Assembly (NCBI GenBank): GCA_964392455.1
Contig: CAYMPG010000003.1
Span: forward strand, 802-64,801
From: an uncultured Clostridium sp.
GTDB lineage: Bacteria; Bacillota; Clostridia; Christensenellales; CAG-138
Reading direction: 5' to 3'
DNA: 64,000 bases
This document shows, piece after piece, positions 9,671-17,836 of the stretch. The notes beneath the pieces are model-generated. The model saw nothing but the letters and a program-made list of their open reading frames with translations, was not told the origin of the DNA and did not search any database. The position numbers and the translations under genes are program-made. How positions within the stretch are numbered: the first letter of the stretch is position 1; each line of letters opens with the position of its first letter.

Positions 9671-10222
9671 CTATTCCTTATGAACCGATTTATAATACTT
9701 CCAGTATGAAATTGCGAATGAGATAAAAATCCCTAAATACATTACAAACATAATGCAGAAGAATATCATTAAGCCATGGCTAAAGGGCGTGCCAATTGAG
9801 CTCTGCCGAATCATTTGCGGTATGATTATCAGAAAGAAAACTATCAAAAGGGGAATCATGCGCCCTTTAATAATCCGCTTCATCATATCTAAACGTGAGA
9901 CGTCATCACAGAATATTTCTTCTATTCCTTTCATTTCAGAAGCTGCCTTGCGAAAATAGCTGTAGCCCGCATAATCCTGCAAATATTCCCAGCCGCAATC
10001 GCTGAACATTTTCACGTATTCTTCCTTGTGGTCAAGCCCTTCCTGATTATAATCAAGCTGATAAATAACATCTTCCGGAACGCACTTTTCAAAATGGTAG
10101 GTACAAAACCCGGATACCCTGACAAATCTCCAGCCATTTTTGTGCTGTTCTCTTAAATATGCTTCCTCTTTTTTCCATTCGGGAACGGAAAAAAACCTCA
10201 ACTCCGTTTTCGTATTATTCAT
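9671..10222 (-). CDS. DUF2812-type membrane protein (PadR partner)
   Basis: 'ELRFFSVPEWKKEEAYLREQHKNGWRFV' plus C-terminal TM helices. The ATG overlaps the PadR stop (ATGAATAA). Confidence 0.75.
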   Translation of the reverse strand: MNNTKTELRFFSVPEWKKEEAYLREQHKNGWRFVRVSGFCTYHFEKCVPEDVIYQLDYNQEGLDHKEEYVKMFSDCGWEYLQDYAGYSYFRKAASEMKGIEEIFCDDVSRLDMMKRIIKGRMIPLLIVFFLIIIPQMIRQSSIGTPFSHGLMIFFCIMFVMYLGIFISFAISYWKYYKSVHKE

Positions 10223-10538
10223 ATTGTTTTGCCTCCACCATGCTTTTATATAGTCGCTCAATTCTTTTCATTTCCAGCTCAAGCACCTCCGTGCCGAGTT
10301 CCGTAATGGAATATATCTTGCGCTTATCTTCCTCTTTTATAAATTTGATTAGGCCATCCTTTTCCATTTTGGATAGGCTGCCGTATAGTGTACCGGGGCT
10401 GATTTTTATTTCTCCATCAGTCAACAGTTCCGTTTGTTTCACAATGCCATATCCGTGTGATTCTTCTCTAAGGCACAGTAAAATATAAAACCCTGTTTCA
10501 GTCATTGGTACATATACTTTTTTAATATGATTATTCAC
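10215..10538 (-). CDS. PadR family transcriptional regulator
   Basis: 'FYILLCLREESHGYGIVKQ..GTLYGSLSKMEKDGLI' is the PadR winged-helix signature. The GTG start is preceded by GAGGTGA. Confidence 0.9.
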   Translation of the reverse strand: MNNHIKKVYVPMTETGFYILLCLREESHGYGIVKQTELLTDGEIKISPGTLYGSLSKMEKDGLIKFIKEEDKRKIYSITELGTEVLELEMKRIERLYKSMVEAKQYE

Positions 10539-10583
10539 CGTATCACCTCACTGAGCACTGCGATGTATCGCACCTCGATATAG

Positions 10584-10612
10584 ACTATAGCACTGCGATA
10601 TAGTTATGTCAA
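10584..10612 (-). promoter_or_regulatory. Sigma-A-type promoter of the padR operon
   Basis: On the minus strand, TTGACA (10612-10607) is followed by a 17-nt spacer and TATAGT (10589-10584). Confidence 0.6.
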
Positions 10613-10738
10613 GAACAAATAAAAATGATTTATTGCATACGTTTAAATAGGTATAAAAATCCGACCTGTGATGATTATCACAGGCCGAATCGGTTGTTTT
10701 ACGCCCCCAAAGATAAGAGTGGGCATTTTTTATATCAA

Positions 10739-11848
10739 TTACTGTTCATCTGCCTCTGTTATCGGCAGGCCAAGCTGCTTTGCCTTTATAAGAAGCTCAT
10801 GATTTCTTTTATTCATTGAGCCGTATTCACTGAGGCAGTTTATCACCCTTTTGCAGCGCAAAAGCTGCCGCTCTGCCGCTTTATAGGCTTCATCCGATAT
10901 GGGCTCAAAGGCAGCCTCGGATATTACCTCCATAGCAAGCCCCCTTGCGGCAATATAATCAAGGTCATTTTCATGGATTATCCCTGTGATGAATGGTATG
11001 CCGCTTTTTTGCAGCTCCCTGTATACAGGCGTTGCCCTGCCTCCGCCGCCAATGACGAATATCTCTATCTCGCCCTCCGGCCTTTGCAGCTCCACAGTGC
11101 CAAATAGCTGATTATAGCTGCCGCCATGTATGCCATACAGCTCCTGAATAAGCTCCTTTTTGAATATCTGCCCTGTAGGGCCATAGTGGGAGATATATTC
11201 GCCCTTTACGCACATCACCTCATCCGATACCCGCTCAGCCATATCCAGCTCATGCAGCGACATGAGCACGGCTATATTGCGGCTGTGCGCCATGCTGCGG
11301 AGGGTATTCAAAAATTCCAGCTTGTACCGTATATCAAGGTATGACGTGGGCTCATCCAGCACTATCACCTGGGGTTGCTGGCATATGGCCCGGGCCAGCA
11401 GCACCCGCTGACGCTGCCCGTCACTTATCTGGGAAAAATCCCGCTGGGCTATCCGGCTCACATCCACCAGCTCCATGGCCTCGCTTACCTGCCGCTTATC
11501 CTCCTCTGAAAGTATCCCAAGCATCCCCGTATAGGGATAGCGGCCGGTAGCTACCACATCCCGGCAGGTCATAAGCTCGGTTCTCACAGGCTGCGTCAGC
11601 ACCACGGATACGTTCCTTGCAAGGTCACGGCCTCCCATGGAATCAAAGGAGTGCCCATCAATAAGCACCGTGCCGCCTATGCTTTTCAGTTGCTTTGTTA
11701 TGGTTTTTAGTATGGTGGATTTTCCCGCGCCGTTTGGCCCTATAAGGGTGAGTATGCGGCCCTTTTTCAGCCTTATCTCAATGTCCCGTATGAGGGGCTT
11801 CCCATCATAGCCCACGGTAAGCTGCTTTGTTGAAAAGAAATGCTCCAT
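10739..11848 (-). CDS. Iron/corrinoid-type ABC transporter ATP-binding protein with an extra ~110-aa C-terminal domain
   Basis: Walker A 'GPNGAGKST', signature 'ISDGQRQRV' and Walker B 'VIVLDEPTSYLD' are present. Unassigned sequence follows after about aa 255. Confidence 0.9.
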   Translation of the reverse strand: MEHFFSTKQLTVGYDGKPLIRDIEIRLKKGRILTLIGPNGAGKSTILKTITKQLKSIGGTVLIDGHSFDSMGGRDLARNVSVVLTQPVRTELMTCRDVVATGRYPYTGMLGILSEEDKRQVSEAMELVDVSRIAQRDFSQISDGQRQRVLLARAICQQPQVIVLDEPTSYLDIRYKLEFLNTLRSMAHSRNIAVLMSLHELDMAERVSDEVMCVKGEYISHYGPTGQIFKKELIQELYGIHGGSYNQLFGTVELQRPEGEIEIFVIGGGGRATPVYRELQKSGIPFITGIIHENDLDYIAARGLAMEVISEAAFEPISDEAYKAAERQLLRCKRVINCLSEYGSMNKRNHELLIKAKQLGLPITEADEQ

Positions 11849-11853
11849 TTTTT

Positions 11854-12876
11854 TCAGCTTTCCCTCCGCCTTTTCATCATTATGGCTATGACTATCGGTG
11901 CGCCGAATACCGCCGTAACCGAGCTGATGCTAAGCTCACTGGGGGCGAACACCGTTCTTGCTATCAGGTCGCACCCAAGACAGAATATGGCTCCCCCAAG
12001 AAAGCAGCCCGGTATTACCAATATTGGCTTTGACGATTTTATCAGGGATTTTACTATATGGGGCACCGCAATGCCCACAAAGGATACCGGCCCTGCGAAG
12101 GCCGTAACACAGGCCGACAAAAGGCTGGAAAGCAGCACCAGCCCAAGCCTGAAGGCCCGTATATTCACGCCCATATTCTGTGCGTAGCTTTCGCCAAGCT
12201 GATATGCGCCCATGGGCTTTGAAAGGAGGAACACCGCCAGCGATGCAGCGGTTATCACCGCCGCCATGACCTTCACGTCTCCCCATGCTATTCCCGAAAA
12301 GCTGCCGCGGGACCAGTTGTGCAGGTTTACTATGCTGGCATCGTCCGCAAAGGCGATGATAATATCCGTAACGGCTGAGCATATATACCCTATCATCACT
12401 CCGCTCACAATAAGCATGGAATTATGATGCACCTTCTGGGATACCAGCAGCACAAAGCCCATGGATACCATGGCCCCCACAAAGGCCGCCCCTATCAGCA
12501 TGGCAGAACTTACGGAGCGATGAGCCCCCAGCACTATTACCATCACCACTGCCACCGCAAGCTTTGCGCCGGAGGATATGCCCAGCACATACGGCCCTGC
12601 AATGGGATTATTAAAAAAGGTTTGCAGCAAAAAGCCAGATAGAGCCAGCCCGCCCCCCAGGAATACCCCTGCAAGCATACGCGGGAGCCTTATCTTCCAG
12701 ATAATATCCTGAGACATATCGCCGCTGCTCCCATGCAATACTGCATCCCATACCTGAGATGGAGCTACCCTTACGCTGCCAAGGCCCATATTCATCATCA
12801 TCAGCAGCAGGGTCAGCGCCGCCATAATGAGCATTACGGTAATATATCGTGCTGTTCTGTTGTTTTCAGCTTCCAC
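11854..12876 (-). CDS. FecCD/BtuC-family ABC transporter permease
   Basis: The 340-aa polytopic protein has 'RLPRMLAGVFLGGGLALSG..LQ..F.NPIAGPYVLGISSGA' typical of FecCD/BtuC. Confidence 0.9.
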   Translation of the reverse strand: MEAENNRTARYITVMLIMAALTLLLMMMNMGLGSVRVAPSQVWDAVLHGSSGDMSQDIIWKIRLPRMLAGVFLGGGLALSGFLLQTFFNNPIAGPYVLGISSGAKLAVAVVMVIVLGAHRSVSSAMLIGAAFVGAMVSMGFVLLVSQKVHHNSMLIVSGVMIGYICSAVTDIIIAFADDASIVNLHNWSRGSFSGIAWGDVKVMAAVITAASLAVFLLSKPMGAYQLGESYAQNMGVNIRAFRLGLVLLSSLLSACVTAFAGPVSFVGIAVPHIVKSLIKSSKPILVIPGCFLGGAIFCLGCDLIARTVFAPSELSISSVTAVFGAPIVIAIMMKRRRES

Positions 12877-12906
12877 CTTGTATTCCTCCGCTTTTTACAG
12901 GCTGCA

Positions 12907-14046
12907 TCAGCTCAGCTTATGCAAAAACTCCAGCTCATCCAAAGCAGGGTCCTCATTGGTGAGCATCTGATGAATATCCTTTATCATGCTGCCGAGCTGT
13001 GTAGTCTCCTGAAACAGGTTTTTCCCGGTACACCACACATTGCCGTCCTTTACCGCCTTAAAATCTCCCAGCAGCTCGTTTTTTTTCAATAGCTCCTCAA
13101 GGGTGTATATCTCGCCGCCAATGGTGCTATTGTAAATGATATAATCCGCATCCCGCGCGGTCTGGTAGAATTTCTCCATTTCCAGCGTTACGGTGGAGGT
13201 GGCAGTACCCGGGTCTCCAAGGTCTTTAAAGATATACTCGCCCCCCGCAAGCTCTATCATTTTGGTAACATAGTCTCCGGATTTACGGGCCACGGCATAG
13301 CCCGAGCTGCTGATATGGAAAAAGGCCACGGTTTTCCCCGTTGGCTCAATATCTGCCATCTCCTCCACATATGCAGTCTGCCGGGCAAACAGCTCCTCTG
13401 CCCTGTCATCCTTACACAGCAGCGCACCATACAGCCTTATCCACTCGGTTCTGCCAAGAGGGTGTGTCTCAAGGCTGGAAAGATCCACCAGCACAGGTAT
13501 ACCAAGCTCCTCCAGCTTTTCCTTCACCTCGGGGGCATGGCTTATCATCATGGACTGTATGGCCAGCTCGCAGCCCGCTGAAAGCATAAGCTCATAGTCA
13601 GGCTCGCTGTATTTTCCTGCATATTGTATTACTCCAGCCTCCATTGCAAGGCGGGCATTTTCATTATACCAGCCATCTGCCCTGGTTCCCGACAGGGCTA
13701 TGCTGCCCAGCGAATCCAGCCCATCAAACAGGCACATGGCGGATGTGGCTGCAAGGTATATGTTTTTCACCGGCCCATACAGCAGGATAATATCCTTATC
13801 TATGCCCTCCGGCGCCTGCATCCCCTCCGGCACCACAAGATACCGGCTGCCATCAGAAAGCATTATAAGCCTGTAGCCATCCTGATAGTAATCCACGGCA
13901 AACTGGGTAGCATAGGCGGTGTCCATGCTACTCATGGGCTCCCAGCCGTTTCCCAGGCCGCTCTTTATTCCAGAAGCTTCCACGCCACAGCCCGTAAGGA
14001 TAAGCAGCAGCACGGCACATATCAGCGAAAGAACTCTGCGCTTCAT
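12907..14046 (-). CDS. ABC transporter substrate-binding lipoprotein (BtuF/FhuD-like periplasmic binding protein)
   Basis: The lipobox is 'LLLILTGCG'. The gene lies in the operon with the FecCD permease. Its start ATG overlaps the upstream stop (ATGA). Confidence 0.8.
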   Translation of the reverse strand: MKRRVLSLICAVLLLILTGCGVEASGIKSGLGNGWEPMSSMDTAYATQFAVDYYQDGYRLIMLSDGSRYLVVPEGMQAPEGIDKDIILLYGPVKNIYLAATSAMCLFDGLDSLGSIALSGTRADGWYNENARLAMEAGVIQYAGKYSEPDYELMLSAGCELAIQSMMISHAPEVKEKLEELGIPVLVDLSSLETHPLGRTEWIRLYGALLCKDDRAEELFARQTAYVEEMADIEPTGKTVAFFHISSSGYAVARKSGDYVTKMIELAGGEYIFKDLGDPGTATSTVTLEMEKFYQTARDADYIIYNSTIGGEIYTLEELLKKNELLGDFKAVKDGNVWCTGKNLFQETTQLGSMIKDIHQMLTNEDPALDELEFLHKLS

Positions 14047-14531
14047 TTTGCTTTCCTCTGCCTTCTGTATGCGAGAACAACTACAGCCGCTGCCGCTGCG
14101 GATACAATGGCAGCCGCATACGGCCAAATTGCGCCGCTGTCAACTGGCTTTATCGTGGCCGAATCCAGCCGCAGAGTGTATTCTATCTCGTGGGGCTCGC
14201 TCATGGCCACAGTAAGAGCCGCCACTGGTATATCCTCATCCAGCGTTACAGGTATCTCAAAGGTGGCATTTCCTTCCTCCTGTATTGGCTCGTACCTTAC
14301 CCCATCAATGCTCATGTATTCATAGTACGGGCTGCTCCACACCACCACCAGGGTGCAGACACCCTTCTCCACCCTGAGCAGGGCGGGAGATTCAACCCCT
14401 GCCCGGCCCGAGCCGCCGGTTAGCACAGCCTCTATGCTGTACTCTCCATCCTCAGGCAGCTCTGCCGCCATGGACATAGCAGGCAGTATAAGCAGCAGGG
14501 ATAATATTATTGCGGCGATAAAACGCTTCAC
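14043..14531 (-). CDS. Secreted protein with C-terminal membrane anchor, unknown function (paralogue of 14536..15054)
   Basis: GTG start, signal peptide 'FIAAIILSLLLILPAMSMA', a beta-rich ~110-aa domain and a C-terminal 'AAAIVSAAAAAVVVLAYRRQRKAK' anchor. Confidence 0.6.
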   Translation of the reverse strand: MKRFIAAIILSLLLILPAMSMAAELPEDGEYSIEAVLTGGSGRAGVESPALLRVEKGVCTLVVVWSSPYYEYMSIDGVRYEPIQEEGNATFEIPVTLDEDIPVAALTVAMSEPHEIEYTLRLDSATIKPVDSGAIWPYAAAIVSAAAAAVVVLAYRRQRKAK

Positions 14532-14535
14532 GCCT

Positions 14536-15054
14536 CTACTCCTCCGTAATAACGCCATCAGGCAGCATATCCGATTCAAACACCAGCACCCTGTCATACC
14601 ACTTTTCCTTGCGTATGCTCCATGCTGCACAATTCGTATCCACATTCAGCACCTCCACAGGCACTGTAAATGTCTTTGCACCATCCTCATCCAGCACAAA
14701 TGGAATATAAGTATCCTCAGTGTCTGCAAGAGCCTGCTCTCCTGTACCCATATAAAGGAAGCCATACCCCTGCCCGCTCATGGTCATGCATACCTCCATG
14801 CTGCCATTCTCCACGGTGAGCACGGCCTTTATCGGGCGAAACATGGATGAGCTTGAATCCACCTCTATATCATAGCTGCCCTCTGCTATCATATTGGCAT
14901 ACACTTGCTTGGGCGGCTCAGGCGTAGGCTCTGGCGTGGCCTCAGCAACAGCCTCCGCATCAGCTTCCAAGGCAGCGTCCTTTGCCCCGCACCCGCACAG
15001 CAGCACCACAAGCAGCATAATTGCAGCAATCAGACGCCAGTTTTTCCCCATCAT
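14536..15054 (-). CDS. Lipoprotein, unknown function (paralogue of 14043..14531)
   Basis: Lipobox 'VVLLCGCG', a Pro/Glu/Ala linker and then a domain alignable by eye with the neighbour ('EGSYDIEV..LTVENGS' versus 'DGEYSIEA..LRVEKGV'). GGAGG lies 7 nt before the ATG. Confidence 0.6.
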   Translation of the reverse strand: MMGKNWRLIAAIMLLVVLLCGCGAKDAALEADAEAVAEATPEPTPEPPKQVYANMIAEGSYDIEVDSSSSMFRPIKAVLTVENGSMEVCMTMSGQGYGFLYMGTGEQALADTEDTYIPFVLDEDGAKTFTVPVEVLNVDTNCAAWSIRKEKWYDRVLVFESDMLPDGVITEE

Positions 15055-15145
15055 AATATTGCCTCCATATAAATGGCTTCTGTGCATATAAATATACTGC
15101 TTATATGCACAGAAGCGCAGTAATTGCCTAATTATTCTTTGCAGA

Positions 15146-16030
15146 TCATTCTGCGGCAGCAGCATGCTCCACGATTATCTGGCGCACGCCCTCATACTCG
15201 CCCAGGCCCTTAAGTACACATTCTACCTCATAGCCCTCGGCAATAAAGGCAGTCTTCCAGGAATCTTCCTCATCGCCTGCCATGTCGTTGGTGGCATGGT
15301 CGCCTGCAACTATCATCAGGGGCAGCAGCACTACCTTCTTGGCACTGCTTGCCTTTACCATTTCTATCACCTGCTCAAGGGAGGGCTCAGCCTCTACGGT
15401 GCCGATAAAGTAATTTGCATACCCTGCTTCAGCAAGCTTATCCTGAAGGGTGGCATACACGGCATTCTGCTCATGGTGAGTGCCATGGCCCATGAATACT
15501 ATGGCAGTATCCTCGGTATTATAGGAGGCGGTCTCCTCGGTGATGGCGGCTATGAGCTTTGCATAGTCCTCATCGGCAGTAAGTATGGCCTTGCCGATCT
15601 TCATGCTGTCAAACTTGTCAACAAATTCAGATACTTCGTTTACCATGTCATCATATTCAAAGCCGTTCATAACGTGGGTGGGCTGGATGAGCACATCCTT
15701 TACCCCGTCTGCAACCAGCCTTTCCATGGCCTCGGTCACGTTGTCGATCTCAAGGCCCCTTTCAGCCTGTATGTCGATTACTATCTGGCTGGTAAATGCA
15801 CGGCGCACCTCATACTCCGGATAAGCCTCTGCAAGGGCAGCCTCAACGGAGCCAATGGATGCATCAAGGTTATCATAGCTGGTGCCAAAGCTTACAGCAA
15901 GCAGCACAGGCTTTGTTTCCACAGCATCTGCGGCAGGTTCTTCTGCGGCGGGCTGAGCGGCGCAGCCCACTGCACCCAGTACCATTGCCAATACAAGCAG
16001 CATGCTGAAAAGTACTTTTACGTTTTTCAT
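15146..16030 (-). CDS. CbiK-family chelatase homologue with lipoprotein signal peptide (extracytoplasmic)
   Basis: 'MKNVKVLFSMLLVLAMVLGAVGCA' is a lipobox. It is followed by 'LLAVSFGTSY', 'IQPTHVMNGFEY' and 'VFMGHGTHH', which are typical of sirohydrochlorin cobaltochelatase CbiK. AGGAGG precedes the ATG at 16030. Confidence 0.8.
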   Translation of the reverse strand: MKNVKVLFSMLLVLAMVLGAVGCAAQPAAEEPAADAVETKPVLLAVSFGTSYDNLDASIGSVEAALAEAYPEYEVRRAFTSQIVIDIQAERGLEIDNVTEAMERLVADGVKDVLIQPTHVMNGFEYDDMVNEVSEFVDKFDSMKIGKAILTADEDYAKLIAAITEETASYNTEDTAIVFMGHGTHHEQNAVYATLQDKLAEAGYANYFIGTVEAEPSLEQVIEMVKASSAKKVVLLPLMIVAGDHATNDMAGDEEDSWKTAFIAEGYEVECVLKGLGEYEGVRQIIVEHAAAAE

Positions 16031-16075
16031 TGTGTTCCTCCTGAGATTATGGTTAATATGGATACGCATTTGCGC

Positions 16076-16118
16076 TCCAAAAAATAAATACCGTCTGCAT
16101 TCAGCCTTGCAGACGGTG
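16076..16118 (-). terminator. Intrinsic terminator, probable expression platform of the minus-strand cobalamin riboswitch
   Basis: On the minus strand, ACCGTCTGCA-loop-TGCAGACGGT is followed by ATTTATTTTTT. It sits between the aptamer and the cbiK-like start. Confidence 0.7.
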
Positions 16119-16224
16119 AAAACCAAACCCCGGGGCAACACAAAAAAAGCATAGCCACCTGTCACCATCCATTGCTCCGGAAGTCCGCAGAGCTGAATGA
16201 GCCGCAATTACTACACATTGCGGC

Positions 16225-16390
16225 GAGGATACAGGCAAGTATTCTGGCTTATCGTGCGGAAGGGATGACCCTGCCCGCCGGAACGCCTTCCCGGAAAAAG
16301 CTCCAGTGACATAATGCTCCGGCTTCACGAATCACAGCAACGGCCTTGCGAGGGAATTACACCCTGCTTCCAGTACCTGTTCCCGGATAT
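16225..16390 (-). promoter_or_regulatory. Cobalamin (AdoCbl) riboswitch aptamer
   Basis: The minus strand reads 'GGAAGCAGGGTGTAATTCCCTCGCAAGGCCGTTGCTGTGA..GAAGCCGGAGC..GTCACTGGAGCTTTTTCCGGGAAGGCG'. This contains the GGTG.AA.TCC core, the B12-box AGCCGGA and the CACTGG..GGGAAGGC element. Confidence 0.85.
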
Positions 16391-16481
16391 TCTGTTGCGT
16401 ATAATAGGATAATACTTTATCCGTCTTTTGTCCACATGAAATTTTTTATGATAACAGCAGAGGCACACTCTCCTCCTCCGC

Positions 16482-16511
16482 TTGACAAGGCTCGTAGCCT
16501 GGATGTATCCT
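16482..16511 (+). promoter_or_regulatory. Candidate promoter of the cob operon leader
   Basis: TTGACA (16482-16487), an 18-nt spacer, then TATCCT (16506-16511). Confidence 0.4.
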
Positions 16512-16514
16512 TAA

Positions 16515-16655
16515 GAAAATAAGATGGGGAAGCAGGGTGAAATTCCCTCGCAAGTGCGTTACCGTTACAGCCGGATTGCCATGTTGCATATTCCTTTGCG
16601 GACACCGAAGGATATGTGTTGCTGTATACCTTAATGTATAAGTATACCTCCTCAC
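16515..16655 (+). promoter_or_regulatory. Cobalamin riboswitch aptamer (second copy, divergent)
   Basis: 'GGGGAAGCAGGGTGAAATTCCCTCGCAAGTGCGTTACCGTTACAGCCGGATTGCC' shares the same core as the minus-strand copy and has the B12-box AGCCGGA. It lies upstream of cbiD. Confidence 0.75.
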
Positions 16656-16682
16656 ACCACGGTTCCGTTCCGTGGTTTTTTG
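16654..16682 (+). terminator. Intrinsic terminator of the plus-strand riboswitch expression platform
   Basis: ACCACGG (16656-16662) pairs with CCGTGGT (16670-16676), followed by a T-run, about 20 nt before the cbiD RBS. Confidence 0.75.
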
Positions 16683-16702
16683 TGTTTTGGGGAGGTAAGA
16701 TT

Positions 16703-17836
16703 TTGCAGGAATTCAGGCTGGTTAATCAAAGGCTGCTGCGCTGCGGCTATACCACAGGCAGCTGCGCTGCCGCCGCCGCAAAGGCAGCGGCACATATGCT
16801 GCTTACCGGTGAATACATAAACAGCATCCCCCTTACCACCCCAAACGATACCTTACTAACGCTGGACATACTGGAGCCTGAAATAGCCGATTCATCCGCA
16901 AGCTGCGCCGTAAAAAAGGACTCCGGCGATGACCCTGACGTGACCAACGGCATACTCGTATACGCCCGGGTCACAAGGGCCGAGGGTGGCATTACCATAC
17001 AGGGCGGTGTGGGCGTAGGCCGTGTAACAAAGCCGGGGCTGGATCAGCCTGTGGGGGAGGCCGCAATAAACTCCACCCCCCGCCGCATGATAACAGAGGC
17101 CCTGGAAGAAATATGCTTAAAATGCGGCTATGTCGGCGGCCTGACCGTAATCATATCCATACCCGAAGGCGAAGCCCTGTCAGGGCGCACCTTTAATCCA
17201 CGAATGGGCATTGAGGGGGGCATTTCTGTAATAGGCACCACGGGCATAGTGGAGCCCATGAGCAACAGGGCCGTGATAGACACCATACGGCTGGAGCTCA
17301 GCCAGCTTGCAGCCTCAGGCGAGCGCAGCGTAATACTCACCCCCGGCAACTACGGCGAGAGCTTTATCCATAGCAGCCTGCTGCCCGAAGCCCATCCCGT
17401 CCTCTGCTCAAACTTTATAGGCGACAGCATTGATATGGCTGTGGAGCTGGGCTTTTGCAGCATATTTCTTGTGGGCCACATAGGCAAGCTCGTAAAGCTC
17501 GGCATAGGCGTTACGAATACCCACTCCTCCTTTGGCGATGGCCGCATGGAGACCCTTATGGCCTGCGCTTTGGAGGCAGGCGGGGATATCCCCCTGCTGA
17601 AGGAAATAATGGGCTGCATTACCACGGATGCTGCCATAGAGCTTCTTTCTGCCGCAAACATTTTGGATAAGACCATGACCATACTTGGCCGCAGGATAGA
17701 TGCCTGTCTTACTCGCCGCATACCCGGCGGAGTAACGGCGGGATACATAATGTTTACCAATCTTGAAGGACATAAGGGAATACTTTGCAGCAGCGAAAAT
17801 GCAGACGAGCTGCTGGATATATGGAGGAAAAGCTAA
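16703..17836 (+). CDS. cbiD: Cobalt-precorrin-5B (C1)-methyltransferase CbiD
   Basis: 'LRCGYTTGSCAAAAAKAA' and 'DDPDVTNG' are present. The TTG start at 16703 lies 7 nt after GGAGG. The longer ORF from 16616 would run through the terminator. Confidence 0.9.
   Translation: MQEFRLVNQRLLRCGYTTGSCAAAAAKAAAHMLLTGEYINSIPLTTPNDTLLTLDILEPEIADSSASCAVKKDSGDDPDVTNGILVYARVTRAEGGITIQGGVGVGRVTKPGLDQPVGEAAINSTPRRMITEALEEICLKCGYVGGLTVIISIPEGEALSGRTFNPRMGIEGGISVIGTTGIVEPMSNRAVIDTIRLELSQLAASGERSVILTPGNYGESFIHSSLLPEAHPVLCSNFIGDSIDMAVELGFCSIFLVGHIGKLVKLGIGVTNTHSSFGDGRMETLMACALEAGGDIPLLKEIMGCITTDAAIELLSAANILDKTMTILGRRIDACLTRRIPGGVTAGYIMFTNLEGHKGILCSSENADELLDIWRKS

Noticed and set aside
15146-16207. The long form of the cbiK-like ORF (353 aa, start at 16207), and its possible role as the pathway's cytoplasmic cobaltochelatase.
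   Set aside because: The extension would be translated through the riboswitch terminator and has no RBS. The ATG at 16030 has AGGAGG and yields a canonical lipoprotein signal. The protein is therefore exported and unlikely to serve cytoplasmic sirohydrochlorin chelation.
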